From Hormoscilla sp. (GTDB lineage Bacteria > Cyanobacteriota > Cyanobacteriia > Cyanobacteriales > Desertifilaceae), in assembly GCA_051439505.1 (NCBI GenBank), contig JBFRWI010000103.1, positions 1 through 12,080 on the forward strand: a DNA stretch of 12,080 nt, read 5' to 3'. This document shows positions 1 through 6,325 of the stretch, piece by piece. The notes under the pieces are model-generated. The model was not told the DNA's origin. It searched no databases and saw only the letters and a list, made by a program, of their open reading frames with translations. Position 1 is the first letter of the stretch; the number at the start of each line of letters is the position of its first letter. The translations under genes were made by a program, and so were the position numbers.

Positions 1-46
1 ATGCGATCGGGGATGCGATCGGGGTGGGGGGGTGGGGGCGATCGGC
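1..46. repeat. G-rich HIP1-variant (GCGATCGG) repeat cluster
   Basis: atgcgatcgggg occurs twice, followed by G-tracts and ggcgatcgg. The same motif recurs at 1204-1234 and 1333-1359. Confidence 0.8.
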
Positions 47-78
47 AAGCAACTGCTTTTCATCCCTGATGGAATCTT

Positions 79-87
79 TGCTATAAT
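79..87 (+). promoter_or_regulatory. Extended -10 promoter (TGnTATAAT) of the first TA operon
   Basis: TGCTATAAT matches the extended -10 consensus exactly, about 77 nt upstream of ATG 164. Confidence 0.6.
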
Positions 88-163
88 TAATCCGTATAGC
101 GCCTACCGCCTTTGGATAAGGCTTCCGATTAACAAATGACTGCGGATAGTGAAGAGGAACCCT

Positions 164-451
164 ATGTCTGTGACCACTAAGAGTAAAAAAACCAAAATCG
201 AGCTGGAAATTAGCTCCGAACGCAAGGAAATGCTGGAAAAAGCAGCCGCCATGACGGAACTGAGCCTCAACGACTATGTGGTTCACTATGCCTTGGTTGC
301 AGCTATGGAGCATATAGCCTCCCATGGGAAAATGGTTTTAGCCGATCGCGATCGTGAAGTATTTATGGCAGCGCTAGAAAACCCGCCGGAACCCAATGAA
401 GCATTGAAAGCCGCGATCGAAAAGCATCAGGAAAAATACGGAAAGTGGTAG
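164..451 (+). CDS. DUF1778 family (TacA/AtaR-like) ribbon-helix-helix antitoxin
   Basis: Contains IELEISSERKEMLEKAAAM...SLNDYVV and the C-terminal L..RDREVFMAALENPPEPNEALKAA typical of DUF1778. It lies 6 nt upstream of a GNAT gene. ATG 164 follows a GAGG Shine-Dalgarno and is preferred over GTG 149. Confidence 0.9.
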   Translation: MSVTTKSKKTKIELEISSERKEMLEKAAAMTELSLNDYVVHYALVAAMEHIASHGKMVLADRDREVFMAALENPPEPNEALKAAIEKHQEKYGKW

Positions 452-457
452 CAGGCA

Positions 458-973
458 ATGGAATGGACTTTTGTGGCGATCGATGGCAGCGCCAAAAGGG
501 ATAATTTTGACTGCGGGCTTACAGAGCTAAATGACTACCTGAAGAAATACGCTAGGCAAAACCATAACAAGGGAATTGCCAAAACCTTTGTAGCGCTTTC
601 CGCAGATGAAAACCGTGAGGTGATTGGCTATTATTCGGTCAGCATGGACAAGATAGAATTTCAGTCCCTGCCCGAAGGGCACAGAAAAGGATTGCCTCGC
701 TATCCAGTTCCAGCAATGCTGATAGGGAAACTGGCAGTAGATCGAGGTATGCAAGGGAGAGGACTGGGAAGAGAATTGCTGATGGATTGCTTTCGCAAAG
801 CAATTCGCCTATCATCGGAGGTGGGCATATTTGCGGTGAGAGTTGATGCTGTAAACGAGCAAGCAAAGTTATTTTATCTAAAATACGGGTTTATTCCTTT
901 GGAGAATGGCGGGCTTTCGCTATTTATTCCGATCGCGACTATCAAAAAAGCTCTAGAATCTTTGCAAACCTAA
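458..973 (+). CDS. GNAT N-acetyltransferase toxin (TacT/AtaT-like, probably aminoacyl-tRNA acetylating)
   Basis: Motifs FDCG..ELNDYLK, IGYYS, LPRYPVPAMLIGKLAVD, acetyl-CoA loop QGRGLG, and VDAVNEQAKLFYLKYGF. Paired with DUF1778. Confidence 0.92.
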   Translation: MEWTFVAIDGSAKRDNFDCGLTELNDYLKKYARQNHNKGIAKTFVALSADENREVIGYYSVSMDKIEFQSLPEGHRKGLPRYPVPAMLIGKLAVDRGMQGRGLGRELLMDCFRKAIRLSSEVGIFAVRVDAVNEQAKLFYLKYGFIPLENGGLSLFIPIATIKKALESLQT

Positions 974-1047
974 AAAGACAGGTCTATTGGTGTCAGATCC
1001 CTGTAGCTGCCGAAAGAGTACAAATTGCACGACATCCATTTTGAAAA

Positions 1048-1090
1048 CCGATCGCCTCCTGAACGGGAATTATCTGAAGGGGGCGATCGG
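1048..1090. repeat. HIP1-variant-containing inverted repeat (13-bp arms, 17-nt loop)
   Basis: ccgatcgcctcct (1048-1060) pairs with agggggcgatcgg (1078-1090), with one G-T pair. It lies downstream of the GNAT stop. Confidence 0.6.
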
Positions 1091-1122
1091 GCTCCCCAAA
1101 AATCAGGCAGAAAAAATACGGG

Positions 1123-1308
1123 TGGTAGGGGCACGGCATCAGAAAAGTTTCGGTAAAAGATGAAAATGTCAAATAGCCGTGCCCCGGTCCCATGGGTAAG
1201 GGCGGGCGATCGGGCGATCGGGGGGGCGATCGGGAATAAACAGCCGGGGCACGGCGACAGTAACATTTGTAATAAACCGACAATTTTACCGATGCCGTGC
1301 CCCTACCA
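1123..1308. repeat. Inverted REP-like doublet (REPIN/MITE-like) of the GTAG-GGGCACGGC family
   Basis: Perfect 18-bp terminal inverted repeat tggtaggggcacggcatc (1123-1140) / gatgccgtgcccctacca (1291-1308). Inner arms are gccgtgccccgg (1176-1187) / ccggggcacggc (1244-1255). Confidence 0.8.
1204..1234. repeat. Tandem GGCGATCGGG repeats (3 copies)
   Basis: gggcgatcgggcgatcgggggggcgatcggg is read directly, at the centre of the REP doublet. Confidence 0.8.
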
Positions 1309-1332
1309 GTGTCGTACAGAATGTGGGGGAAA

Positions 1333-1359
1333 GGCGATCGGGGGGGCGATCGGGGGCGG
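1333..1359. repeat. Tandem GGCGATCGGG repeats (2 copies)
   Basis: ggcgatcgggggggcgatcgggggcgg lies just upstream of a TAGAAT -10-like box (1369-1374). Confidence 0.8.
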
Positions 1360-1417
1360 ACGGTGTAGTAGAATAAATAAAGAAAAGCGATAGTGTCATA
1401 TTTTTGGAGAGTCACCA

Positions 1418-1627
1418 ATGACCAGATTACTAGAAGAAGCGATGGCGGCCATGTCTGAGCTACCACCAGAAGAACAAGATGCGATCGCCATCCTAATTTT
1501 AGAAGAAATTGCATCAGAAAAGCGGTGGAGTGAAGCCTTTGCCAATTCCCAACCGCAACTTGCGCAACTAGCTGATGAAGCATTAGCAGAATTCAAACAA
1601 GGCAAAACCAAAGCATTACAATTGTAG
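1418..1627 (+). CDS. Small acidic putative antitoxin
   Basis: 69 aa with a GGAG RBS at 1406-1409. The pattern LPPEEQDAIA..ILEEI.SE.RW...FA.SQ..LA.LADEALAE..QGKT is typical of antitoxins preceding RelE/ParE-like toxins. Gap to the toxin is 7 nt. Confidence 0.78.
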   Translation: MTRLLEEAMAAMSELPPEEQDAIAILILEEIASEKRWSEAFANSQPQLAQLADEALAEFKQGKTKALQL

Positions 1628-1634
1628 ACTACCA

Positions 1635-1904
1635 ATGATTTCTCAAACAACATCAAAGTTTTGGAAATGTTTTGAGCGACTCCCTCCAGAGATCCAAGAA
1701 GCAGCTCAAAAAGCCTATCAGCAGTGGCAGGAAGACCCCTATCATAATAGTCTGAAATTCAAGCATGTTCATCCCACCGTACCGATTTATTCAGTCAGAG
1801 TTGCTTTAGGGTGGCGGGCGGTTGGCCTTAAAGAAGAAAACTGCATGATTTGGTTTTGGATAGGTTCCCACGCTGATTATGATAAGCTGATCTCGCAATT
1901 ATAA
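1635..1904 (+). CDS. RelE/ParE-superfamily toxin
   Basis: 89 aa with F...F..LP.EIQ..A.KAY..W..DPYHNSLKFK, YSVRV..GWRAVG, and a C-terminal WFWIGSHADYDKL. Confidence 0.82.
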   Translation: MISQTTSKFWKCFERLPPEIQEAAQKAYQQWQEDPYHNSLKFKHVHPTVPIYSVRVALGWRAVGLKEENCMIWFWIGSHADYDKLISQL

Positions 1905-1909
1905 AGCAC

Positions 1910-2125
1910 ATGAAATCCAATGGAATACCGGTTGTGTACGGCAGAACGAGAGGTTTACCGAAAGGATTGAAATCGACTTTTGGGGATAAAGAAATAGAGA
2001 TTATTGTCTCTGAAGTCAGCGAAACAGATTACTTGCTAAAATCAGAGGCTAACAAGAAGAGACTCTTGCAGGCTGTAGAGAACGTTAAAAATAGAACCAA
2101 TTTGGTTGAAGTTAATTTAGAGTGA
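1910..2125 (+). pseudogene. YefM-like antitoxin, probably with a frameshifted N-terminus
   Basis: The C-terminal GLKSTFGDKEIEIIVSE..ETDYLLKSEANKKRLLQAVENVK resembles YefM-type ET.YLL.S.AN..RL. Family-like N-terminal pieces (MEYRL at 1920, NERFTE at 1945) lie in other frames. Confidence 0.6.
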
Positions 2126-2229
2126 GTAGAAGAATTGTCTTTAGCTCAGGGGAAAAGGGCGATCGCCCGATCGCCCCACTTCCCTGGGCGGTTCATTTTA
2201 CACTTGTCGTCGGGTGTAGTCAGAAGTAG
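2122..2229 (+). pseudogene. Truncated Txe/YoeB-like toxin remnant
   Basis: GTG 2122 overlaps the antitoxin TGA (GTGA). It encodes MSRRIVF, like a YoeB N-terminus, then runs into the gggcgatcgccc palindrome and stops after 35 codons. Confidence 0.5.
2157..2177. repeat. HIP1 palindrome plus reverse-oriented GCGATCGGG repeat
   Basis: gggcgatcgccc (12-bp perfect palindrome) followed by gatcgcccc. This is the reverse complement of the 1204-type repeat. Confidence 0.7.
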
Positions 2230-2276
2230 TTGATAGCCCGAAGCGCAGCGGAGAGCATCTTGTGATACATGTATAT

Positions 2277-2326
2277 AGCCCGCGCAGGCGGGCTTTGTTC
2301 ATGTAGCCGGACCCTTTAGGGTTCGG
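2277..2326. repeat. REP-like double hairpin (possible bidirectional terminator/stabiliser)
   Basis: agcccgc-gcag-gcgggct (2277-2294) is followed by tt. GTAG (2303-2306) precedes ccggaccct-tt-agggttcgg (2307-2326). It sits between convergent genes. Confidence 0.65.
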
Positions 2327-2390
2327 GCGGCGAGGCCGAGTACTTTTGGGTTCATTGTCTGAAAGTTGGGTTTATTCATTAGTTACGATC

Positions 2391-3767
2391 TCAAACAATT
2401 AAACTTTCGAGAGCAGTTTGTAAATCTTGAGTCAGATGCTCTACAGCTTGGCGGCGATTAGATTTATAATCAGGGTAGCGGTCGGAAACGTCAATAGTTT
2501 CTCCCACCCTCATATGTACCCGCTGCTTGCCTAAATAGGGACGTTGACGTTTACTAGCATCACCACCCTTAATCCAAGTTACCACCTTCCAGAGAATCAA
2601 CAGCGTCTCGCTGAACCTTTCAGCAGTGGGCTTTTCCTGCACGTATTTACCCGTTACCGCTGCCACCCTTTCTACTACGCGCATGTGATTCATCCGCAAG
2701 CTGGCTTCTTCCGCCACCCAGTTAGCTAACCCTAACTCGACAGGACAGAGTTCTTCACTATCTTGCCGATAAATTCGGTTCCAACCCGCCTGTTCTAAGC
2801 GACGGCAACGATCGATCGCATTCCCTTTCGGTTTGATATCAAAATACTCCTCACAAACGCGGAGGGCGGTATCCAGTAGCGCTTGCAACCTGGCTGCCAT
2901 TTTAGCGTTGGGGTCTTCTAAAGATGGAGTAGGAATTGGCGGTTGATGATAAAACTGATTGTAAAACTTTTCCATCAAAGACAGCAATTCCTCTCCCGCC
3001 CGGAACAACCTCTGATAGAGTGAACTTTGAGATGCGTCGTCTTGCCCGATCGCCTGCTGGAGCGAACTTAAGCCCAAATCTGCTTCTACTTCCCTCAAGA
3101 GTTTCTCTAACTCTTGCCAAGGGGGAGTCAGATAACTGTATTGAATGCTTACAGGCACGATCGCCACCTGCTGGTCCCGTCCAGCGGCCTGCAAATCTTC
3201 CACGCACCAGAAAGCAATTTGAGCCACACCAGGTTCCAGGGGACTGACAATTTCGCTATGATCGTTAGTACCCCCCTCTGGCGCTATGGCGATCGGGAAT
3301 TTACCATTAGCCATCAGGTCGCGGGCCGATCGCAAACCCTGTCTATCTAACTTGCCCCGCTGCATAGAACTGCCCCCCAACCGGGAAAACATCCAGCTTG
3401 CAAAATAACCTGCCCAGATAGGAATGCCCCGATCGTAGATAAAGTGACTGTGAACGGGGTATTTTAATTTAAATCCCCGACCCTTTGCTGCCTGGGGCAC
3501 CGCGTGCCACAGCAGATGGGCCATACAAAAAGCGTCATTAGGACTATTGGGATGGCGAAAAGCGATTAGAAAGCGGGTTTCTCCCCGATCGAACTGACGA
3601 TAGAGGTCTGCTAGCAACTCTACATTCTCCGTCTCGATCGACGCGATCGCCATCTTATACTTCAGCCACCAGGGAAGCAACCATTGGGTCCCTCTCAGGA
3701 CTACAGGATTAAAAGCTGGCGGAATAAACTCTAAAGCTGGCTGAACTTGATTTATTAATGAAGGCAT
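2391..3767 (-). CDS. PlsC-like phospholipid/glycerol acyltransferase family protein (long cyanobacterial type)
   Basis: 458 aa with FLIAFRHP..., HSHFIYDRGIP, RGKLDR and the PEG block APEGGTN. Confidence 0.85.
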   Translation of the reverse strand: MPSLINQVQPALEFIPPAFNPVVLRGTQWLLPWWLKYKMAIASIETENVELLADLYRQFDRGETRFLIAFRHPNSPNDAFCMAHLLWHAVPQAAKGRGFKLKYPVHSHFIYDRGIPIWAGYFASWMFSRLGGSSMQRGKLDRQGLRSARDLMANGKFPIAIAPEGGTNDHSEIVSPLEPGVAQIAFWCVEDLQAAGRDQQVAIVPVSIQYSYLTPPWQELEKLLREVEADLGLSSLQQAIGQDDASQSSLYQRLFRAGEELLSLMEKFYNQFYHQPPIPTPSLEDPNAKMAARLQALLDTALRVCEEYFDIKPKGNAIDRCRRLEQAGWNRIYRQDSEELCPVELGLANWVAEEASLRMNHMRVVERVAAVTGKYVQEKPTAERFSETLLILWKVVTWIKGGDASKRQRPYLGKQRVHMRVGETIDVSDRYPDYKSNRRQAVEHLTQDLQTALESLIV

Positions 3768-3793
3768 AGTGATGGTTGTCGATTGTTAATTGT

Positions 3794-4744
3794 TCATAAT
3801 TTACCATCTAATTCCGATCGGCGCGTCCGCCGCTGGATATCTTCTAAAATTCTCCGATTTGTTGCGATCAAATCGGCAACTAAACCAAACATCCACAACT
3901 GGAAACCAATCAAAATCAAGATTGCTGCCAGTATTAGAGTCGGAACTCTGGGTTTTTCATAACCGGCAAAAAAGAATAACAGCCAGCGAATGCCCAACAG
4001 CACTCCCGCCGTAAAAGGTATAGTGCCCAGGAAGGTAAAAAACCGCAGGGGTTTATACAGCATGAAAATTCTCAGGATGGTCAAAATCGACCGCTGCACG
4101 TAACTGGGAATACTTTTTACTAAACGGGAAGGACGCAAATAGCCATTTGTTCTCACGGGTACCGAAGTAATTGCCATACCCTTTTGTCCCACCTGGATAA
4201 TCATTTCCAGAGTGTAAGTATACCGATTAAATACATTTAACTCCATGGCTGCTTCCCGACCGATCGCGCGAAACCCGCTGGGGGCGTCCGGAATATCTGT
4301 ATTACTGGCTACCCTGACTACCCAACTGCCCAGTTTTTGTAGCAGTTTCTTGAGTGGAGAAAAATCTTTAATCTCGTCAATAGGTCTCGTACCCACGACA
4401 ATATCTGCCTGACCCCGTAGAATAGGTGCAATCAGGTTGGGGATATCTGAGGCACAATATTGATTATCCGCATCAGTGTTGACGATAATATCTGCACCAG
4501 CTTTCAAGCTGGCTTCTATTCCTGCCATGAAAGCTTTTGCTAGTCCTTGATTGCGGGCCAAGTTGACTATATGGTCAACTCCCCATTCTTTGGCAACTTC
4601 CACAGTTCCGTCAGTGCTGCCATCGTTGATAATCAGCCACTCAATTTTGTCAATCCCAGGTAGCTGGCGGGGCAGTTCTCCCAAAGTTACCGCCAGAGTA
4701 GCTTCTTCATTGTAGCAAGGGATTTGAATAATTAGTTTGGTCAT
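3794..4744 (-). CDS. Glycosyltransferase family 2 (DPM-synthase-like) with two C-terminal TM helices
   Basis: IQIPCYNEE, IINDGSTDGT, DXD motif NTDADNQY, DAPSGFRA, and a hydrophobic C-terminus. Confidence 0.92.
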   Translation of the reverse strand: MTKLIIQIPCYNEEATLAVTLGELPRQLPGIDKIEWLIINDGSTDGTVEVAKEWGVDHIVNLARNQGLAKAFMAGIEASLKAGADIIVNTDADNQYCASDIPNLIAPILRGQADIVVGTRPIDEIKDFSPLKKLLQKLGSWVVRVASNTDIPDAPSGFRAIGREAAMELNVFNRYTYTLEMIIQVGQKGMAITSVPVRTNGYLRPSRLVKSIPSYVQRSILTILRIFMLYKPLRFFTFLGTIPFTAGVLLGIRWLLFFFAGYEKPRVPTLILAAILILIGFQLWMFGLVADLIATNRRILEDIQRRTRRSELDGKL

Positions 4745-4753
4745 GGTTCATTG

Positions 4754-6187
4754 TCAATTGGCCATTAGCAATTGAAATTGCCGATCGTCAATTCGTTCGG
4801 CTGCTTGCAGAGTTTCAGCAATTTCCGATAAAGTCAAAACCGCGTGACTTTGATAGCCATGGGCTTGCAGTTTATCCTTGACTTCCCCTCCGTGGTCAAT
4901 AAACACCACAATATCTTTAACTTCTAATCCCACAGACTGGAGTTTTTCTGCGCCTGCTAAGACACTATTGCCAGTAATCAGAATATCATCTACGACCACA
5001 ATCTTTTCTCCTGGTTCGTAATGTCCCTCAATCAGCCGTTGAGTGCCGTGGGCCTTGACCTCTTTGCGAGGGAAAATCATCGGACGTTCCATGCGCAGGG
5101 CTAAACCAGTGGCCGTCGGCAAGGAACCATAGGGGATCCCCGCAATGCGATCGAACTCCAGATCTTGAATAATTTCAGCGTAGGCCCCGACGATTTTGTA
5201 GAAAATCTGGGGTACGGAGATCATTTTCCGCAGGTCGATGTAATAGGGGAAGGTAGCGCCAGATGCCTGCACGTGATCGCCAAAAATAATGCAACCGATG
5301 TCATAGAGTTGTAAAATCAAATCTCGATGGGGTTGGGGCTGCAAAAAACAGACATTGGGCACCCATAACTCGCAGGTGGGATTTCCTTGGATAACCCGCT
5401 GACGTTCGACATTTATCGATTCTCCCAGTGAGGCGATCGCTTCTCGGGGCTTTTCGGACAGCAACAAATCCGGCGGTACGGGTAGCAGCAATCCTTCTCC
5501 ATAGCTATTCAAGCCCGCTGTCAGCATTTGGGCTATATCTGGCGCTTCTGAATAGTCTGCCCACACCATAATCAAGCGTTCCGGTGCCGCCGATCGCACC
5601 CTCGCCAGCACATCAGGCATAGCTGCATCCACCTTAAACCCCAATTGTTCTGGAGTGCCCCAGGTTTTGGATTCTTGCACCAAATGCAAATACAAAGGCA
5701 TTTCCGTCGAAGGATATTCCTGCAACACTGCTCCGGAAGGATTGCCAGTATAGCAGAGCACAAACACTGCTTTATCTGGATATACCAAAAAGGGCGCTAC
5801 CTGGTCTTGTCCCCCATAGGGTAATAAGGTACAAGCATCCATCTGCCACTCGGCAAAGACCCTCCGGGCAAATAAGGTGCTGGTATTGACATCGCCGTGC
5901 TTGGCATCTAGGATAACTGGCATGTCAGGTGGAAAGGCATCTCGGATTTCCTCTAGTAGTTCCAGTCCTGCTGCTCCCAGGGCCTGGTAGCAGTCCAGGT
6001 TCAACTGATAAGCACAGACCAAATCTGCCGTTTGCGCGATCGCCCATTTCAACCAGTCCCGCACCTGCTCAATTGCGCTCCGCGAGAGCATTTCTGGGTT
6101 AGGGTCGAGACTAACGTACAATAGACTCTGATTGCGTTCGATTTTTCGCGCAGCGTTCGCGGCGGAGCATTTATCGAAGAAATTCAT
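4754..6187 (-). CDS. pyrFE: Fused orotidine-5'-phosphate decarboxylase / orotate phosphoribosyltransferase (PyrF-PyrE)
   Basis: N-terminal LDPNPE and DAKHGD (DxKxxD). C-terminal SGATFPYYIDLR, RKEVKAHG, and PRPP-binding VVVDDILITGNS. Confidence 0.9.
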   Translation of the reverse strand: MNFFDKCSAANAARKIERNQSLLYVSLDPNPEMLSRSAIEQVRDWLKWAIAQTADLVCAYQLNLDCYQALGAAGLELLEEIRDAFPPDMPVILDAKHGDVNTSTLFARRVFAEWQMDACTLLPYGGQDQVAPFLVYPDKAVFVLCYTGNPSGAVLQEYPSTEMPLYLHLVQESKTWGTPEQLGFKVDAAMPDVLARVRSAAPERLIMVWADYSEAPDIAQMLTAGLNSYGEGLLLPVPPDLLLSEKPREAIASLGESINVERQRVIQGNPTCELWVPNVCFLQPQPHRDLILQLYDIGCIIFGDHVQASGATFPYYIDLRKMISVPQIFYKIVGAYAEIIQDLEFDRIAGIPYGSLPTATGLALRMERPMIFPRKEVKAHGTQRLIEGHYEPGEKIVVVDDILITGNSVLAGAEKLQSVGLEVKDIVVFIDHGGEVKDKLQAHGYQSHAVLTLSEIAETLQAAERIDDRQFQLLMAN

Positions 6188-6325
6188 AACCTTGGCTCCA
6201 CGTGCTCGTGATACTCTATGTGCTGTGATTTTACCATTTCTCGCTCCCGTCTATCCAGGCGGCTGTTTTTCAGCATTTCCGATCTATTATCACCTGATGT
6301 AGCATATTTATCGCGTATCATCCCT

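Noticed and set aside
1007..1090. Possible gene remnant (LPKEYKLHDIHFENRSPPERELSEGGDR)
   Set aside because: It has no start codon and no recognisable family, and is too short to support.
970..1583. ORFs 970-1266, 993-1583 and 1160-1393
   Set aside because: They translate REP and GCGATCGGG repeats (RSPP/AIGG runs) or lie antisense to the antitoxin, so they are likely spurious.
1..2350. Classical integron or IS element explaining the TA cluster
   Set aside because: I could not identify an integrase, a transposase, attC-type RYYYAAC...GTTRRRY boxes or IS terminal repeats with target duplications.
6218..6325. 36-aa N-terminal extension of YebC
   Set aside because: The family starts at MAGHSKW (6326). 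The extension occupies the divergent promoter region.
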